From an uncultured bacterium (GTDB taxonomy: Bacteria > Chloroflexota > UBA5177 > JANWHV01), in NCBI GenBank assembly GCA_963729625.1, contig CAVSOU010000011.1, positions 512,001 to 576,000 on the forward strand: DNA of 64,000 nucleotides, in the 5' to 3' direction. Positions within the stretch are counted from its first letter, which is position 1, and the number at the start of each line of letters is the position of its first letter. Of this stretch, positions 61,214 to 64,000 are shown piece by piece. Below the pieces are notes generated by a model that was not told where the DNA came from, searched no databases, and saw only the letters and a list, made by a program, of their open reading frames with translations. The translations under genes were made by a program, and so were the position numbers.

Positions 61214-61348
61214 CGAGTAGCCTCCGGCCCACAGCCGAAGGCCCAGTCGCTGCCCCGGAAGGAGGTGGAAGCCGGCGCATGGGATCGCCGAACCGTGCAG
61301 GAACTGTTATTGTGACGACATCCGAGTAATCGCGAAAGAGGGTCACGC

Positions 61349-62326
61349 ATGCTGAAGCGAGCGCTAATCGGCGGCCTGCTCACCGCCGCACTACTCCTCA
61401 CGACCGCCCCTGTCATGCAGTCGACGCATGTGCAGGCCGCCAAGCAGTATAAGATTATCTTCGTCGCCGGCATTGCTTCCGATGCCTTCTACATCACCAT
61501 GAACCATGGCATCCAGGCCGAGGCGAAGGCGGAAGGCCTTCCGGCCCCGCAGTTCACCGGCTCTACGGCCGCCTGGGGCCCGAGCTACCAGACCCCCTTC
61601 CTCAATGCCGCCATCGCCAGGCACCCGGATCTCATCATCACCGCGCCGACCGATACCGTCGCCATGCGTGCTCCGATTCTGGCCGCGGTAAAAGCGGGAG
61701 TGCCGGTTCTCTTTGTCGACACTACCCTCAACGACCCGTCCATGGCTGTAACCACCATCTCTACCGACAACATCGCCGGTGGCAAGGCCGCGGCCGACGC
61801 CCTGGCGAAGGCGATCGGCGCGAAGGGCGGCAAGGTCGCGGGCGTAAACACGGTGCCCGGCGTCAGCACGACCGACCAGCGCATGCAGGGTTTCAACGCT
61901 GAGCTGAAGAAGTATTCTCAGCTCACCAATCTCGGCACGACCTTCACCGGCGACGTTTCGACGCGCGCTGGCATAGCGCTCAAGGCACTCGTGACTGCTC
62001 ACCCGGACCTCTCCGGCGTCTTTGCCATGAACGTGGTGACCGGTGACGGCGTCACCGCCGCGGCCAAGGAAGCAGGCGTCAAGGGCCTCAAGCTGGTTGA
62101 GTTCGATGCCGGACCGGCCCAGGTTGCAGCGCTCAAGAAGGGGCAGATCTCTGCTCTCATCGCGCAGTACCCCTATGGAATCGGCCAGATGGCCGTCAAG
62201 CTGGGCGTCCAGTACCTCAACAACCCCAAGATCAAACTGCTGCGGCACTACGGCACGCCGACCGGGATCATCACCCCGGCCAACGTGAGTAGCCCGTCGA
62301 TGGCGAACTTCCTGTACACGCAGTAA
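61349..62326 (+). CDS. monosaccharide ABC transporter substrate-binding protein (RbsB-like)
   Basis: signal peptide; DAFYITM, APTD, VDT, TDN..GG, EFDA, AQYP. Confidence 0.93.
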   Translation: MLKRALIGGLLTAALLLTTAPVMQSTHVQAAKQYKIIFVAGIASDAFYITMNHGIQAEAKAEGLPAPQFTGSTAAWGPSYQTPFLNAAIARHPDLIITAPTDTVAMRAPILAAVKAGVPVLFVDTTLNDPSMAVTTISTDNIAGGKAAADALAKAIGAKGGKVAGVNTVPGVSTTDQRMQGFNAELKKYSQLTNLGTTFTGDVSTRAGIALKALVTAHPDLSGVFAMNVVTGDGVTAAAKEAGVKGLKLVEFDAGPAQVAALKKGQISALIAQYPYGIGQMAVKLGVQYLNNPKIKLLRHYGTPTGIITPANVSSPSMANFLYTQ

Positions 62327-62360
62327 TCGTTCACTGACCGGGCACGGACCCGGCAAGATG

Positions 62361-62400
62361 CGGGGGATGGGCGCAAAGGCGCCCATCCCCCGTTACTTTA
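62361..62400 (+). terminator. Rho-independent terminator
   Basis: perfect 14-bp stem CGGGGGATGGGCGC-AAAG-GCGCCCATCCCCCG followed by TTACTTT. Confidence 0.85.
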
Positions 62401-62692
62401 CCGCGAGCATGAGCGCGCAAAATGTGACGGGCGATGTGTGGGCGTCTCGTAGGGCCGCGGACATCCTGTCCGCCTGCTCGTAGGGTCGCAACTTGCCGCG
62501 ACGGGCTGCCGGGCGGACGGCGGCACCGGGGCCCGCGCGCGCACCGGTCGGGACGGGCACAATGTCCGCATGCGGGTACCCGCGATCCCAGCAAGCCGGC
62601 GATCACACGATGCAGGTGCGCCCGTTACAGAAGCGGGTCAGTTTCCGAACAGCGCGATCTCGGGTACAGTGCATGCCAAGTGGAGGATCTGT

Positions 62693-63589
62693 ATGCAGGA
62701 TATGCGCTGCGTGATCGCCAATCCGGTGGCGGGCAGTGGCCGGGTTGCGCGGCTCCTGCCGCGAGTGCTGGCGCGACTGCGCGACCGCGGTTGCGATCCG
62801 AATATCCAGCTGACTGAAGGCGCGGGCGACGCGCGCCGCCATGCTGAGCGAATCCCCCCCGGCGCTCTCGTCGGCGTGTTCGGCGGCGATGGAACGCTCA
62901 ACGAGGTGGTCAACGGCCTGCGCGGAAAGAATTGCTGTGTGCTATTGCTTCCGGGAGGCAGTGGGAACGATTTGGCTCGCGGGCTCGGGATGCCGAGGGA
63001 TCCTCTCGCGCTGCTCGCGGTTCAGGATTGGCAAGAGCGTAGCATCGACCTGGGCGAGATCTTGGGCCGTCTGTTTGCCAACAACGCGGGTGTGGGCCTC
63101 GACGGTGAAGTCTGCCGGCTGATCGAGAACTGCGACCGGGCCTTCCAGGGACATCTCGGCTATGTACGGGCCACGGTTTCCTGCTCGCTCAACCTTCGCG
63201 CCACGCCGGTGCGCGTGGAATGCGCCGGAACTATCCATCAATTTGACATGCTGATGCTGACCTTCGCGAACGGCGAGTTCTACGGACGCGGCATGCGTAT
63301 CGCTCCACATGCCAGACTCGACGATGGAGAGCTTGATGCCTGCGCGATTCTTCGCCTTGGTCGCATTTCGCTGCTGAGCGCGTTTCCGCGCGTCTATGCC
63401 GGGGGTCACGTGCGTCACCGCGCCTTCCGGCTCTGGCGAGCTCGTTCACTGGCCCTGTCCGGCGTGCGACCGCTCAGCGTACACACCGACGGCGAAGTCG
63501 TGGGAAGGCTCAGTACGGACCCGCTCGCGCCAACGCGCGTGCGGATCGCAGCCGATCGGCAGCGATTCCTTGTTCCCCGGAGCCCGTAG
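62693..63589 (+). CDS. diacylglycerol kinase-family lipid kinase (YegS/BmrU-like)
   Basis: NPVAGSG, GGDGTLNEV, PGGSGND, G.GLDG, DDGELD, TDGE; RBS GGAGG. Confidence 0.93.
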   Translation: MQDMRCVIANPVAGSGRVARLLPRVLARLRDRGCDPNIQLTEGAGDARRHAERIPPGALVGVFGGDGTLNEVVNGLRGKNCCVLLLPGGSGNDLARGLGMPRDPLALLAVQDWQERSIDLGEILGRLFANNAGVGLDGEVCRLIENCDRAFQGHLGYVRATVSCSLNLRATPVRVECAGTIHQFDMLMLTFANGEFYGRGMRIAPHARLDDGELDACAILRLGRISLLSAFPRVYAGGHVRHRAFRLWRARSLALSGVRPLSVHTDGEVVGRLSTDPLAPTRVRIAADRQRFLVPRSP

Positions 63590-63699
63590 ACAACGAACGG
63601 CCTCGATCGCCGCGACCGCGGTCGCCGCTGGTCCCTCCCATCCAGCCGCAACTGGAGTTCACTTTCAAGCGAGCGAGAGAGTCATGGTAACCGCTCGCG

Positions 63700-63894
63700 T
63701 CATCCTTCGGCTTCGCCGGCAGGCTTGCTGGGGTTGCCCTCCTGGGCGTCGCGCGCGCGCTCCGCGGCCGCGCGCTCGGCTGCTTCCTTCTGACGCCGGC
63801 GGCGTATGCGTAGCAGCGCCACGGCCCCCAGACCTATTGCCAACGCCTCGTTGACCCCGATGGGAGATCTCTTGCCGGTCTCTTCACCGCTCAT
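63700..63894 (-). CDS. small hypothetical membrane-anchored protein
   Basis: RBS GAGGAG; hydrophobic ALAIGLGAVALL followed by basic RIRRRR. Confidence 0.55.
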   Translation of the reverse strand: MSGEETGKRSPIGVNEALAIGLGAVALLRIRRRRQKEAAERAAAERARDAQEGNPSKPAGEAEG

Positions 63895-64000
63895 GGTGCT
63901 GCTCCTCGCGATTCGTTGCGCGTTCCGCGCCATGACGTAATGGTACCGCGCTACGGTCTTCAGATCTCCCAATCCGCCTTGGTCTGTGCGACCTCACGTA

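Overview
High-GC bacterial chromosomal window; a Chloroflexota-like or other monoderm soil lineage is my inference from the Pro/Thr-rich secreted proteins, Ser/Thr kinase and STAND-WD40 protein. (1) 1.1-9.9 kb: an accessory cassette with two intact and one decayed paralog of an uncharacterised secreted protein, divergent from an XRE-HTH/TIR/STAND-NTPase/TM/14xWD40 NLR-like gene. That gene is split by an IS3-family element, and the whole cassette appears to sit inside a broken phd-vapC toxin-antitoxin operon. (2) 10-14 kb: amidase, a WYL-protein relic and an orphan CpaE/TadZ. (3) 14-27 kb: a polyol/rare-sugar catabolic cluster. (4) 27-41.5 kb: a cell-surface locus with a c-di-GMP-I riboswitch ahead of a secreted glycoside-hydrolase-like protein (frameshifted in a 27-bp repeat), a GT-C glycosyltransferase, a 1765-aa beta-propeller/ConA-like repeat protein, a Ser/Thr kinase and a mucin-like secreted protein. 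(5) 42-52 kb: DEAD-box helicase, URO-D-family/Gfo-Idh-MocA/ThuA genes, vapBC, an LPG-synthase TM protein, a MetH activation-domain protein and TetR. (6) 53-64 kb: MBOAT/SGNH O-acetylation pair, manA, ROK kinase, LacI with operators, a sugar ABC transporter and a DAGK-family kinase. No rRNA, tRNA or CRISPR array was seen. All calls are motif recognition by eye; no searches were run.
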